Source: Octopus bimaculoides
Lineage: Eukaryota
Assembly: GCF_001194135.2 (NCBI RefSeq)
Contig: NC_069007.1
Coordinates: forward strand, 11,820,404-11,884,403
Length of the DNA: 64,000 bases
Direction: 5' to 3'
Positions 24,721 through 38,976 of this stretch are shown here, piece by piece; the stretch's first letter is position 1, and the number at the start of each line of letters is the position of its first letter. The translations under genes were made by a program, and so were the position numbers. The notes under the pieces are model-generated. The model worked only from the letters and a program-made list of their open reading frames with translations, searched no databases and was not told the DNA's origin.

Positions 24721-25377
24721 TGACAGGCTTCTCATAAAAGGATGCAACTGCAAACCCTATTTTTCAGAAGAATACAGTCAGTCACACATTTGCCCCTGCA
24801 CGAGCATGCACACACACGCACACACACACACACACAAAATTCCTTCACAAGGAATAGCTGTACCCAGAATTAAGCTCATAAATCCAAACTCACTCATCTC
24901 CTCATGAAACTTAAGTAGCAATTGTCTGTGATTAATCCTTTGTAAATACCAGTTCTGAGCTTTCACACAGCATTGCATTCTCTCTCTAATTATTAACTTA
25001 TTCACTCAGTCATATTTACATATTACTCAACATACATACAAACACACCTACATGCATACATACATTTTCGGTGTTCTGTTGGGTGAGGGATGAGAAGGCT
25101 AAGAGGGTGTCTGCGTCTTCTCAGGACCCATGCAGTCCCCTAAAATAAATAGTGAAAATATGGTACAGTCTACCTCAGCTGATTCGCATGTGAATGATGT
25201 CTGTTCTTATAAGTACTAATGTCAGTTTGATTGATGAGACTTATAATCATAGATGTTCCAGCTATGATCATCAAGTCTTTTCTTTGTGAAGACTTAGCTG
25301 CTATTTCTAATAACTCAAGTAACCATGTAGTCAGAGCCTTTGGTTCTATCTAGTTATATCGCAGGAGAAGGGACTGC

Positions 25378-25414
<37 letters not shown>

Positions 25415-25439
25415 GCTGCTGCTGTTGTTGTTGTTGATG

Positions 25440-25615
25440 TTGTTAAGTCAAGGTCAGCTCTGATTGAACTGCCTTATGATCAAAAGCAATCCAGGCTTGA
25501 CCATCCCATCTATTTTTCTACAAAGATGGAACCCAGAACTTCATTGCACAATGTGTCTCTTCCTAAGAAGATAGGGTATGAATTGAGGGGTATTCGGTTG
25601 CTATTTCCAGCAAAC
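25440..25615 (+). repeat. Interspersed repeat family E
   Basis: ...TATGATCAAA...GACCATCCCATC...GGTTGCTATTTCCAGC; the tail TTRGYTGCTATTTCTAGC recurs near 9200, 25300, 29970, 30175 and (minus) 59850. Confidence 0.6.
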
Positions 25616-27886
25616 TGTCTGAATAGATGACAGATTTAGAGACAGACAGACACTAAAATAAAGAGAGAGAGAGAAGATTGTTGAGTGCATTTACTATAGA
25701 GGTGTGTGCAACTGCAGGTATTTTATGCATCTGGAGGAGATAGGAGAGGAAGGGGAGAAACAGTGGTGTAAGAGGGAGGGGGAAAGAGAAAGACGTGGTG
25801 GGAGAGAGGGAAATGTGTAGGAGAGGAGGAGGAGGAGAGCAGAAAGACGGAGAGGAAGGGAAAGAGGTAGAGAGAGGAGAGAATTCAGCAGTTCAAAATG
25901 GTAAAATGACTGAATTGAATTTCCTGAGTAGGGTTGCTGCGTGGGTGGATGTGTGGGTAGTAACCTGAGGTGTGATGGGTGAGAAATGTACTGATTTAAA
26001 CTTTAACACCCACAACTCACCCCCACCCCCCCATCACATCTCCACCNNNNNNNNNNNNNNNNNNNNNNNNNNNNNNNNNNNNNNNNNNNNNNNNNNNNNN
26101 NNNNNNNNNNNNNNNNNNNNNNNNNNNNNNNNNNNNNNNNNNNCGCCACCACCATCCCCTTCGCAGATCCGTTGTCGATCGTCGAAGAAGAAATCGAAGA
26201 AGAAGCGGCATCTGTGGTGGATGCATTTTGTGGATTAATGGAAAGGCTGATAATTGTCTTCAGAGAACTGGGGTGGATATTGGAGATGGTACGAATAGAG
26301 GGTAGACGGTTGTGAGGACGGTGGAGAGTAAAGTGGGAGGATGGAGGCAGAGGGATTAAGAAATGTTTATTTCAGTGTCTCTGTCTGTCTGTCTGTCATC
26401 TATTCAGACAGTCTGCTGGAAATAGCAACCAAATACCCCTCAAATCATACCTAGTCTCAGATTAGCCTCACTCAGACATGTGCTCAATGTCAACCCAAAT
26501 ATGACCTTCCTGTCGTCGTCCTCAGTGCAGGTGGCCCAGGTCTGCATTATTCAATGCGTCTTCTCTTTAAGACCATTGGATGTGATTCAAGGAAGATTCG
26601 GCTGCTGTTTCTTGTATGTCAAATAACCTCTGCAACAACCACCTCCACTTTTACAACCATCACATTAACCACTCCTACTACCACCTCCACTACAACATCC
26701 TCATTCAACCAAATACTAACAGTAAATGCTTTAATAGTGATAAATGAATGACTATTTGATAAGAAAGAACATAAGTTTTATCGTGTGTTGGGAGGGTCAT
26801 CATGCCAATAATAACACATTCACAGGTTCAATTCCATTTTAGTCAATTGGTTACATACTGAACCAACTAATTAATCAATCGTTTGTTTAACACAGTGTTT
26901 CTTAACCTATTCCACCCACCCCTGGGCCCCACTGTAACTTTCCAGAAAAATATATGCCCCACTGGCGATAAGAAAAAAATAACTTTATTTTTAATGTATA
27001 ATCACAATTATTTAATACAAAGGAACTTACCACTGATTCTTTTATTAAGTACTGAGTACAAAAAAAGTACATTAAAGTTCTATATTTAAGAGATGAAGAA
27101 TTAAAAAGTGCATAGTGATTAAGGGGAAGGGACCACTTTAATAAGAACCTTGTGCTTGGTGACAATGGAAGATTTCTTTGATTCGAGGAGACACTTTTGT
27201 TAGCTTCAGCCATAGCATTAGAATAGTGTTATCTTGTAGCAGACAGGTCTTCACACAGTATACTTGGCTGGAGGGATAGGTTTGGTTGGGCTGGGTAAAG
27301 GTGTAGTGCAGTGGTTCTCAACATGAGTCCTTAGGGGTCCATATAAGATTCTGTTGTTAAAATTTGTGTGAAATAAACTGGTTTATACGTCTACAGTACA
27401 CAAAATATTTTAATTAGTTTTTACACAATTCTTAATGATATTTAATTATAAAAATACAATAAGATTTTTTAAATATCAAATGGCTATGAACATGAATATG
27501 CAAAATATGTACATGCAAACATACACATGTGCATGCATGTATGCATGCACACACACACATACATGCATGCACACACATATGCATACATACATATGTGTAT
27601 GTGGACACACACTGACCCAAACACGTGCACAAACAAACAAAAACAATGTAGCTCGGATAACGAACAGAGTCAATGACTATTGAAAAGGTTGCAAGACACA
27701 ACGAAAATTTTAGAAAAAAAATCATAAGTAAATGAGTGGAAACTTAACTGGTGTGTGTGTGTTAAATAATAAGGCACTAAAAGAGAATTACTCTCTCCAG
27801 ATACAACAAAATATGCTTCAACACACAAACTCACATAAAGAATCTAGCAACCAAATCCAAAAACAATACATATATTATATATATGT

Positions 27887-28481
27887 AAGCAAAAATGCTA
27901 GTTCTAAAATTTCTCTAAGAGATCAGCACAGTAGTTGTACTAACAAGTAATGCTCGTAGCCACTTCAACATGGCTGCCCATTTGAACAGACTTTGCTGCG
28001 ATTTTTTAACCCCAAGAGGACATCTCCTTTAGCTGGTTAACAATGCACAGCTGCATCTGCGATATTGCAAGCAGGGGAGCAAACCCCCACCACCTTTTAG
28101 CAACAGGACTATGAGACCAGCTTGGTCTGGGGCTATTTCTGCCTCTTCAGTACTGGACACCTCATCTGCTAGAGATGACAGTAGCTCGCTTGTGCTCACA
28201 ATATATATAATTTCAAGCGACACACAGTCCCTGATTCTGCAACAAGCAAAGAAGCTAGTTCTAAAATCTCTCTAAGAGATCAACGCAGTAGTTGTACTAA
28301 CAAGTAATGTTCGTAGCCACTTCAACATGGCTGGTCCTGTCGCTAGACAGGAGTAGGGGGTTATTCTCCTGCTCGCAATATCTCAGATGCAACTGTGCAT
28401 CATTAACCAGCTTGAGATGTTCTCTTGGGGTTAAAAAATCGCAGTAAAGTCCATTTGAACGGACAGCCATGTTGAAGTGGC
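27887..28481. repeat. Rearranged element: 90-bp direct repeat plus ~130-bp inverted segment
   Basis: 27887-27976 ~ 28244-28333; 27977-28109 inverted at 28334-28463; 18-bp IR GCCACTTCAACATGGCTG (28316) / CAGCCATGTTGAAGTGGC (28464). Confidence 0.9.
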
Positions 28482-29496
28482 CATGACTATTACTTATATA
28501 AATCTATCTATATATATGTATGTATATATATATATATATATATATATNNNNNNNNNNNNNNNNNNNNNNNNNNNNNNNNNNNNNNNNNNNNNNNNNNNNN
28601 NNNNNNNNNNNNNNNNNNNNNNNNNNNNNNNNNNNNNNNNNNNNNNNNNNNNNNNNNNNNNNNNNNNNNNNNNNNNNNNNNNNNNNNNNNNNNNNNNNNN
28701 NNNNNNNNNNNNNNNNNNNNNNNNNNNNNNNNNNNNNNNNNNNNNNNNNNNNNNNNNNNNNNNNNNNNNNNNNNNNNNNNNNNNNNNNNNNNNNNNNNNN
28801 NNNNNNNNNNNNNNNNNNNNNNNNNNNNNNNNNNNNNNNNNNNNNNNNNNNNNNNNNNNNNNNNNNNNNNNNNNNNNNNNNNNNNNNNNNNNNNNNNNNN
28901 NNNNNNNNNNNNNNNNNNNNNNNNNNNNNNNNNNNNNNNNNNNNNNNNNNNNNNNNNNNNNNNNNNNNNNNNNNNNNNNNNNNNNNNNNNNNNNNNNNNN
29001 NNNNNNNNNNNNNNNNNNNNNNNNNNNNNNNNNNNNNNNNNNNNNNNNNNNNNNNNNNNNNNNNNNNNNNNNNNNNNNNNNNNNNNNNNNNNNNNNNNNN
29101 NNNNNNNNNNNNNNNNNNNNNNNNNNNNNNNNNNNNNNNNNNNNNNNNNNNNNNNNNNNNNNNNNNNNNNNNNNNNNNNNNNNNNNNNNNNNNNNNNNNN
29201 NNNNNNNNNNNNNNNNNNNNNNNNNNNNNNNNNNNNNNNNNNNNNNNNNNNNNNNNNNNNNNNNNNNNNNNNNNNNNNNNNNNNNNNNNNNNNNNNNNNN
29301 NNNNNNNNNNNNNNNNNNNNNNNNNNNNNNNNNNNNNNNNNNNNNNNNNNNNNNNNNNNNNNNNNNNNNNNNNNNNNNNNNNNNNNNNNNNNNNNNNNNN
29401 NNNNNNNNNNNNNNNNNNNNNNNNNNGGGGGGGGAGACGAAGGAGACAGGGAAGCGGTAGAAAAAAGAAAGTGGAAGAGAAATAGACAGAGAGAAC

Positions 29497-29537
<41 letters not shown>

Positions 29538-31053
29538 GGACTGGCAGAGCACCAAGGAGGAAGTAAGTTGTTTGAGGTTTTCATGAAGAACACGTAATGT
29601 CTAGAATATTCTTTGTGAACAGAATGGTTAAGTGGTATGTGAGGGAATGGTTGACTGTGTGACTGTGGGGAGAACACCAGTTCCATCACGGAGTCGGAAA
29701 TGGTTCTACAGGGTGGATTAATCAATTGGCATTAATCAAGATTATCATTGATCTTACATTCGTGGTAATGGCGGTGGTGGAGGCAGTTGTCAATGTCATA
29801 ATCATCATTGTCGTTATCATTATTGTTGTTGTTTTTGTTTAACCCTGAATCAACAGTGGTCAAACAGATCAGATCCAGCCATGACCATTCTGTCTGGACA
29901 GAAAATATAGAGACACATTATTCACTGTTTTAATTTCTTAAAACAGTAGCATGTAATTTGATAGAGATTTAGCTGCTACCTCCAGTGAGTGGAGTGACCA
30001 CTTTGTTGTTTAACCCTAGGTACAGTCTTCACTGAGCAGATCTATGATCTGAGGGATTCAATTTAGAACCACCCTGTTCTATTTTTTTTCTAAGGGGCAA
30101 GTTCCAGGGCAACATAAGTTCATCTAATATGCTTTTCATTTTTCAAGATGTTTGAGTGTAATTTAAGAGAGATTTAGTTGCTATTTCTAGCAGGTGAAAA
30201 ACTACACGTGTGTGCATGTACAAATACATACACGCGCACACACAGAGTATAGTTGAAAGTGCTGTTTATCCATGTTCTAGTGTTGAAATCGGTAGAACTT
30301 TACTCCTATGGAGCAAGTTATAATACAGTTAACTATAGACATAACATATATGTATATATACATATAATAGCCTAGCTGAGTGTCCTGTCATTGCCAGTTA
30401 ATTTTCACAATAGAATGCCTTGGCAGACTTTCTGAATAGCACATCCACATATGTTGGATTTTCTCTATTTTGACAGGGATTTTTCAAATTTTTTCTTTTT
30501 CACCAGACCTCTGCAAATGATGGGGAGAAGCTTTCTGAAAATTTATGAATGTCCTACCCACCCCACTTCCAGATCGATTTCGTCCATTTTTTTTTTCCTG
30601 CACTACACACTTAAAAACAATGGAAAATTCCTTTTCAGTAGAAAAAAAAAATCTTCCAAAATTTATGAATATTTTCAGACCATCTTCCCCAACTCAGTAC
30701 CGATTTGGGTCAAAGGTTTTTTTTTTTTTTTCCACATTATGCATTTAAAACAATGGGAGAAGCCTTGAAGGTTAAATAAAATATAAATTTTGGAAATCTC
30801 CAATCGCCATTACAATCCCCACATCCTTTATTTTCATCACAAAATGAAATGCAATTTAAAAACANNNNNNNNNNNNNNNNNNNNNNNNNNNNNNNNNNNN
30901 NNNNNNNNNNNNNNNNNNNNNNNNNNNNNNNNNNNNNNNNNNNNNNNNNNNNNNNNNNNNNNNNNNNNNNNNNNNNNNNNNNNNNNNNNNNNNNNNNNNN
31001 NNNNNNNNNNNNNNNNNNNNNNNNNNNNNNNNNNNNNNNNNNNNNNNNNNNNN

Positions 31054-31132
<79 letters not shown>

Positions 31133-33659
31133 TCTTTTCTGTTGCTGTCACAAATTTTGGAGTTTTAAAATTAAGTGAAAATTTTCCAATTTGGTATATT
31201 GGTGTACTTTTTCATGCTGAATCTGAGTTTGTGATTTATTTATTCCAGAGAAATTTTGGAAAAATATTACAGAGTTTTAAAGTTTGATTATTTTTACCCA
31301 ATCAGAAAACAGGATGTCTAATTAACAGCTGTCATAAAATGAAAGTAAACATTAGAAGACAAGGTTTTAAACAAAATGAAAGCAATGCATGGGAGATAAT
31401 ACATGTACAAAGAGAGTGAACATCAGAGAGTATAGGAAATATATACAGAGATGGATTGATGGTAATAGATACAGAGTGGGAGATTTGTTAATCTAGAACT
31501 TGAGTTATTTCTTGGAGCAAGTTCTATTTTTTTTGCTATTTATTTATGGATGACATTCTGGTTTGGATGCAGAATCTGAAAATCATTTTTCTTCAAGATG
31601 CACCATTTCAGAGCCTTTCTGGATTAAATACACGTACACTTGCATTTGTATAATAGATGTGTGTGTGTGTTTGTCTTTGTGTGTTTGTCCCTGACAACCG
31701 GTGTTGGAGTCTTTACATCCCCATAACTTAGCAGTAAAGAAGCCTATTATATATGTATAAATGAGTAACAAAGATGTATAAGTGTCAATTCATTATAACC
31801 ATTTTGAGCAACTCCTTTAATTGATCAATGAAAATATTACATCATTACAAAGAAAACCATTCTTATAAGATGACCACATAGACTTCAAGCATAAAGGACA
31901 GGTTATATATTTAAACATTTTCATTTCATCAATAAAGAATATTCACAATTTTCACAGTGATTCCACTGGAAAGTATCTTTATATGAAGTACATGGCTGAA
32001 TGAACAAGAGTGGATTTATTCACTAAGTTGGATCGTAACATCTGCATGAATATCATAAATTCTATGTAGAGTTTGATACTCACCCAATATTGTCTGTGTG
32101 TGCAAATTAGTTTGTCCTAACAAGGTGCCTTAATTTAAGTACCTAATTCAACTGAACTTAAATTACATTTTTATATATGTATATATATATATATATACAC
32201 AGATACAAATATTCTATAATCATAAACATAATTATAATCAGGGGCCAGCTAATTGCTTCACCATGCACTGAATTTAGAAATAGGCATCAAAATGCCTTTT
32301 CTGCTACAATAAAGATCTCCCAGACAGTAACACTTTTTTACGTAGGCAAAAAGAAAAAAGTAACAAGTCCACACGACTCAGATTAGCTATATATGTGTTT
32401 CGAGATTGGCAGAAAAGGAAGTTTACCTCCTATTTCTAAATTCGGTGTGTGTTGAAGCAATTAGCTGACTCCTGATTATAATTATGTTTATAATTATAAA
32501 ATATTTGTATAATTTTACCTAAAAAGGTTATTTTGACATACCAAACTACTTGGTAAAATTATTAATTATTAATTAATTAATTTTACCCTTTTATTATTAT
32601 TGAAATATATATACATATATATACGTATGCATGTATATATGTACGCATGCATGAATATTTGTATGTATGTGTGTTTGTATGTCTGCATGTATGTATGTAT
32701 GTGTCTTTGTGTTTTCCCCAACACTAATTGACAACTGGTGTTGATTTGTTTACATCCCCATAACTTGGCAATTTGACCAAAAGAGGCTGATAGAACAAGT
32801 AGTGGTCTTAGAGAAAGAAGTACTGCATTCAGTTTGTTTGACCACGCCCTTCAAGGCAGTGCCACAGCATGGCTACAGTCTAATGTCTGAAACAAGTAAA
32901 AGATAAAAGACTGTACCACTGAAAGGAATCTTTACTATTGCTGCTGTTGTTGTTATTATCTGTGATCTCCAATAATGATGTCAGGTCACCTTGCTGTTAT
33001 CTCTCTCCATGATGTGGTTTCTCAACATGTCAGAGGGTATATTACTCCACTTTTATTTCCTGCACATGTTCATATCATTTATTTGAGGCTGGTGTCCTGA
33101 TAACACTTTCTGAATTGCCAATTTAAATGGTCAGAACCATGTTTGTGTTTAACAAATTTAATACAATCAGCATCAAAAAGTTAATGAGAAATAAATATGC
33201 AGCAGATAAAATAAATGATATCGATATCTAACATGTGTATGTGAGAATGACTGGTTTCTATTTAGCTTCTGTTTATCAGTTCCGCTTTCAAAGTATTAGT
33301 CATTCTGAAGCTATAATAAAAGACCTTACCCCAGCTGCCACACATCAGGAATGAACCTAGAAACCAACGGTCGTGAAGTGAATCCCCTGGACCACACAGC
33401 CATGCCTACATCTAATGTGTCAGCTACATAAAAACATTAGATGAATATTTTCAGTATTTTCGCATTTCATTTCATAGATTTTTTTTGGTCAACAACGACC
33501 AATGCCGGGTTTCATGGAATTTGGTTTAGAATCTAAAAATACAATTAAATGGAACAGAAATATTAAAAGAATTTAAATTGTAATTTAAAAATACCAATAA
33601 TTCCATGCTGTCTCAGACATTGTGATTTTCTTAATTTTTTTAGCTCCATTATTGGTTCT

Positions 33660-34860
33660 AGTAGTTGTTGTTGTTGTTGTTGTGGTTATCATACTCCCAG
33701 GTCATCTCTGATTGAACAGAAATAGGATCGATGGTATTCCAACCATAGCCATCCAGTCTTTTTGCGTATCACGTATTGCATTTTTATATGCATCCAGCAT
33801 CTTTTGAAATGGTTGGTTATGGTTTGAAGGAGGTTAATTTAGTTGTTATTTCTAACAAGTCAACCATTTCCTTCAGCCGCATCTTCACCATCACCATCAT
33901 CATCATCATCAGCACCACCATCATCGTCATCATTATCATCATCATCATTGTCAATGTTATAATTTTCATTACTTTTGTCATCATCATCATCATCATCGTC
34001 ATCAGCATCACCACCACCATCATCATCAATGCTTGCCTGATTACTATCCCCTTCGATCTTTCCACCACCACTACCATCACCATCATTATTATCCTCATCA
34101 CCATCACCACCATCACAGTCAATTTTATCTTTTTCACCATCAGATTTTTGTCATCACCATCATGCTCATCACCAACACGATTCTCTGGATTTTTCTCGTC
34201 ATCATCATCATTATCACTAACTCTTTCATTGTCATCACCATCACTGTCATCATCATCACTGTAACCATCACTCCAATAATTACTGCCATCACCACCATCT
34301 ACATTGTCGCTCTACTGCCACCACCATCATTACCATTAGCATTATGATCATTGCTACCACCCCCACCACCCCTTATATTACCACCATCATCCCCTACATC
34401 ACCACCATTACTCCCTACATCGCTGCCACTACCCCTTACGTCACCATCATTCCCTATGTCACCACCCTCATCCCCTACATCACCAGCATCACTCCTACGT
34501 CGCTGCCACCACCACCCCTACAGTGACACCTCCATCCCTACATCATCACCACTACCTACATCACCACCACCACCCCTACATCGCTGCCACACTCCCTACG
34601 ATACCACCACCACCCCTACATCGCTGCCACACTCCCTACGATACCACCACCACCACCATCCTNNNNNNNNNNCCACCACCACCCCTACATCGCTGCCACA
34701 CTCCCTACAATACCACCACCACCACCATCCTACTATCATCATCATTACCATCACCATCGCTACCATCATCATCATCATATCACCACCATCACCATCATCA
34801 CCATCTCCATCATCATCACTCTCATCTACAGCCATCAACATGACCCTTCGTGACACACAG
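33660..34860. repeat. (CAT/CAC)n low-complexity tract with 40-bp minisatellite at ~34565-34725
   Basis: Unit CCACCACCACCCCTACATCGCTGCCACACTCCCTACGATA. Confidence 0.9.
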
Positions 34861-35038
34861 ACCACAGTGTTCCTTTGATATAATTGTAATATTCACACTA
34901 AATCGGAAAAATCTAATTAAAACAAATTAATTTGAAAGGGGGATCTCTCTCCCCTATCTCTCTCTCTACCTTTCTCCCTCTCTACATTCAGAACCACATG
35001 GAGAGATAAAAATAAACACACACACGCACACACACACG

Positions 35039-35084
<46 letters not shown>

Positions 35085-35388
35085 CACATGGATGTATATA
35101 CATGTACACATGCACACATAAACGCATAAAATATATATGCATGCACACATATGCAACACAAACAAACACATACACTTATATATACATGTTCATATACACA
35201 TGCACATGCACACACATTACACATATGCATGTAGACACACATACACATAAATACATATATACACAAACATAAATATGCATATACACAGATGAGTTTTAAC
35301 ATTTATATCAACACACAAATGTGAAGATATGCATTGCATTTATATATATATAAATATACACATACATATACATACATATAGATAGATA

Positions 35389-36249
35389 TAGGGTATGATG
35401 GGTATATTGTCACCATTTTATACCTTTAATTTCATGCATGCGCATTATTTGTTTTTGATTTTGTCGACTACACAGTATGGGCACTTCTGTGAGAAAAACA
35501 GCACCATCACACAATTCATTCTGCTACAAATTTGGTAACGGCATACTATACTGCTTGGCATTCATGCTGAAAGCCCCAGTACAAACATTTCAGAGTGTTT
35601 GAGTGTCAATCTGAGGACATGTACTGAGAGTGATAAAAATCAAACATCCAGTCAACATCATGGTGCTTAGAGTGATCACTAGTGAGGGTGACATTATGCC
35701 TCCATTCATCTTCCCACATGGCCTCAGGCTCAACACGGAGACCTAAATCAAGTGCCTGGAGGAGATAGTGCTCCCCTGGATCAAGAGGGTGGCTGCTGGA
35801 AGACCCTGTGTCCTGGCAACAGGACTCTGCACCATGCCACACAAGCAGGAAAACCCAGTCATGGCTGTCAGACAATTTCTGTGACCACACCACCCCTAAA
35901 ATCTGGCCACCTAACTCCCCAAACTGCACCCCTCTTGATTATTATGTGTGAAGTGCAGTTGAGCGAGAGACCAACAAAACTCCTTGTAACACCAAAAATG
36001 AACTGAAGACAAGGATTATGGCAGCATTCACCAAGTTAAACAAGGAGACTGTCCAGAAGAGTTGCAGGAGATCCCAAAGTCGTTTGGAGGCTGTGTTTGA
36101 AGCGAATGGTGATTTTATTGGATAAATTTATTCTTTAGTATTTCAAGAAATTTTTATGTAATTTTGGTAAATATATCTGTTAAAATGAGAGGTTAGTGTT
36201 ATTTTCATTTTTGCTGTAATTTAGATGACAGTTTATTCACTGCACCCTG
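35389..36249 (+). mobile_element. Tc1/mariner maT(DD37D)-like transposon, internally deleted
   Basis: KHPVNIMVLRVITSEGDIMPPFIFPHGLRLN...QQDSAPCHTSRKTQSWLSDNF...WPPNSPNCTPLDYY...RLEAVFEANGDFIG*; right end TGCACCCTG-TA; left TIR degenerate. Confidence 0.9.
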
Positions 36250-36309
36250 TATATTTACATGCATACATATATACACATACATACATATATATACATAGAT
36301 ACATGCATG

Positions 36310-36354
<45 letters not shown>

Positions 36355-36718
36355 NNNNNNNNNNNNNNNNNNNNNNNNNNNNNNNNNNNNNNNNNNNNNN
36401 NNNNNNNNNNNNNNNNNNNNNNNNNNNNNNNNNNNNNNNNNNNNNNNNNNNNNNNNNNNNNNNNNNNNNNNNNNNNNNNNNNNNNNNNNNNNNNNNNNNN
36501 NNNNNNNNNNNNNNNNNNNNNNNNNNNNNNNNNNNNNNNNNNNNNNNNNNNNNNNNNNNNNNNNNNNNNNNNNNNNNNNNNNNNNNNNNNNNNNNNNNNN
36601 NNNNNNNNNNNNNNNNNNNNNNNNNNNNNNNNNNNNNNNNNNNNNNNNNNNNNNNNNNNNNNNNNNNNNNNNNNNNNNNNNNNNNNNNNNNNNNNNNNNN
36701 NNNNNNNNNNNNNNNNNN

Positions 36719-37440
36719 GAAAAAACTCACACATATTCTTCAGGCACAAACCACATCTCATAACAAACCAAAATAATTGAATAATAGAAGAAACATGAAA
36801 AAATTGAGAAGGCAGTATTTAAGAAAACGCAGACAGTAAACAACGGAAAATGGAAAACAGAAACTAAAATGTTAAAAAATCAAAAGTAAAAAGGTAAAAG
36901 AGTTATCGTTCTTAGACCTCAAATGATAAGACTGGAAAGATATCAAGTCAGTCAGGAATAGGTGGAATTTTCCATTTCTTCAAAATATATCTATATCTAT
37001 ATATATGCATGCAACCACTGAAAATTTCTGACCTGGAGTTCAATAGAGAGTTAGGGATCTTAGCTCTGAATAGGATCTGCCCTCTTTCAGCCAAACAAAG
37101 TCTACATCTATTCGATCCATTCACATAAGGTATGGATTTCTCAATTATTTTCCATTTAATCACATGCAATGTTTCGTTATCTTTCAAAGTCCATACGTAG
37201 CTAACCAACTTAGTAGTTTTACTTTTGTCCCTATGTCCGAAGGAGGCCAAGTGATTGGCATAGCAATTTTAAAATTCACCTTCACATAATCCAAGATAGG
37301 TCAATGATGAAATGGTCAAAGAATATTATAGAAGAATTTTTTTAAATATGGTAGCCGAGGATTTCCTCTTACAACAATATCTTCATAGCATACATTTTTG
37401 TCAATAATAAGGCATTTGAGAACACATTGTGTGAGAGGAT
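36719..37440 (-). mobile_element. Penelope-like element 3' fragment (GIY-YIG endonuclease + 3' UTR)
   Basis: KNVCYEDIVV...TYLGLCEGEF.NCYANHLASFGHRDKSKTTKLVSYVWTLKD...IKWKIIEKSIPY...CRLCLAER..I...LLNSRSEIFSGCMH; CTGAAGA in 3' UTR at 36737-43, cut by gap. Confidence 0.85.
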
Positions 37441-38190
37441 AGAGAAAGATTGTTAATATAAAAATTTAGGGTTTGGCACGAAGTTTTTCCTTGTTCAACT
37501 ATCAAATATAAATATTTCTTTGGGCCATATCCATCAGTTGAAAATCTTGTAATCAAATCCAGCTGTTTCTCATCATTGTAAATATTTTTTGTGTAATTCT
37601 TTAGATTATCAAAGAAATATTAGTTTACATTGGTACCTCTTGTTGTAGGCCTTAACAAACAGCCAATGGAGTTTTCTAGAAGAAATGGCAGTTTAATGCC
37701 AGAATAGACAGAAATACCACAGATAGAGTGTCTCTTTGGAATATTCCCTTTGAAATATTTATAAAATTGTTGACCAAGTTTTTGTGAGTCTTTCAATAGC
37801 CACAACAATGACAGTAGATTTCTTTTGCCAAGTTGACCGATTCCATCAACCATGTGTGAGGAATAGAATCAAATACCACTTTCTGTAATCAAGCCATATT
37901 GTCACAAGGTTTTTGCAGAGTTTTCTTATTTCAACCCACACAGCTTCATTCATCAAAAGTTGTTTGGCAGATCCCTGCCCTCCCTTCCTTCCCCCTACCT
38001 GCTCATCAGTCTCTGCCTTCTTGGACACACAATGGTCTTGGAGGAATTGGTTCAGACAGCTTATATAATGTTTAAGAAAACAATACAACTACAGTTTTCT
38101 GCCAAGTTAGTGTTTTCATTTTTGGCTACAAGATTTGTGCGTGCCATGGCAAGCCAATTTGTTGTGTCAATTTGGTCTTCCATAGTTCTT
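37440..38190 (-). mobile_element. R4/Dong-like retrotransposon RT fragment
   Basis: NWLAMARTNLVAKNENT...DEQVGGRKGGQGSAKQLLMNEAVWVEIRKLCKNLVTIWLDYRK..SIPHTWLMES...IERLTKTWSTIL...FFDNLKNYTKN (YMDDLK-like)...QLDLITRFSTD. Confidence 0.82.
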
Positions 38191-38290
38191 TAGAATATAC
38201 GTGACTTTCTCTATAGTCTGTATGTGTCTGTATGTATGTTTGTATGGATGTATAAGTGTTTGTGTGTATGTATATATGTAATTGTATATG

Positions 38291-38335
<45 letters not shown>

Positions 38336-38494
38336 ACATAAGTGTGCATGCAGGTAAATATATTTATGTATATGTGTGTGTGTATGTAACTAAGTCTTTT
38401 ATTAATGTATATATACATAAATCTATGAATCATTGTATGTATATATGAATCTATGCTTCAATGTATGTAAAAGTCTCTGCACCAATATATATAT

Positions 38495-38571
<77 letters not shown>

Positions 38572-38942
38572 TAATTATGTATGTATGTATGTATGTTATT
38601 TTGAGTTTCATAAGATGTTTTCAACCACTTATGGAACCGGAGGTGATGCCGGTTAATACCGGAAACACCCACAGACAACAAGTATTTATTTTTTAAATAT
38701 AGAAATTGATATAGTATAGCATAATGTAGCACATAATAAATTGTTGTTGTAGTTGTTATTATTTTTGATATTATTATCATTATTGCTCTTAGTTTTGTTG
38801 TTATTGCTGTTGTTGTTGGTGGTGGTGGTGCTGCTGTTGTTGTTGTATATTCTTCAGCAATGAAAAGGAGTTTTATTTTTAAGAATTTTCAGCATAGAAT
38901 TTTACAGCTGTTTTTGTTTTTCTATTTTGGTAACATTATGCG

Positions 38943-38976
<34 letters not shown>

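Noticed and set aside
27306-27700. hAT/Charlie-like MITE starting CAGTGGTTCTCAAC
   Set aside because: Right TIR too degenerate and no 8-bp TSD identified
34344-34878. Pro/Thr/His-rich extensin- or mucin-like ORFs
   Set aside because: Product of (CAC/CAT)n and a 40-bp unit that is not a multiple of 3; no splice or start support
37620-37853. KLGQQFYKYFKGNIPKRHS, initially read as Penelope RT C-terminus
   Set aside because: Flanking frames give R4-type RT motifs in correct order, so it belongs to the R4 fragment
38630-38675. CCGGT-TAAT-ACCGG hairpin with TGATG/AAAC flanks
   Set aside because: Core boxes incomplete; too degenerate to call
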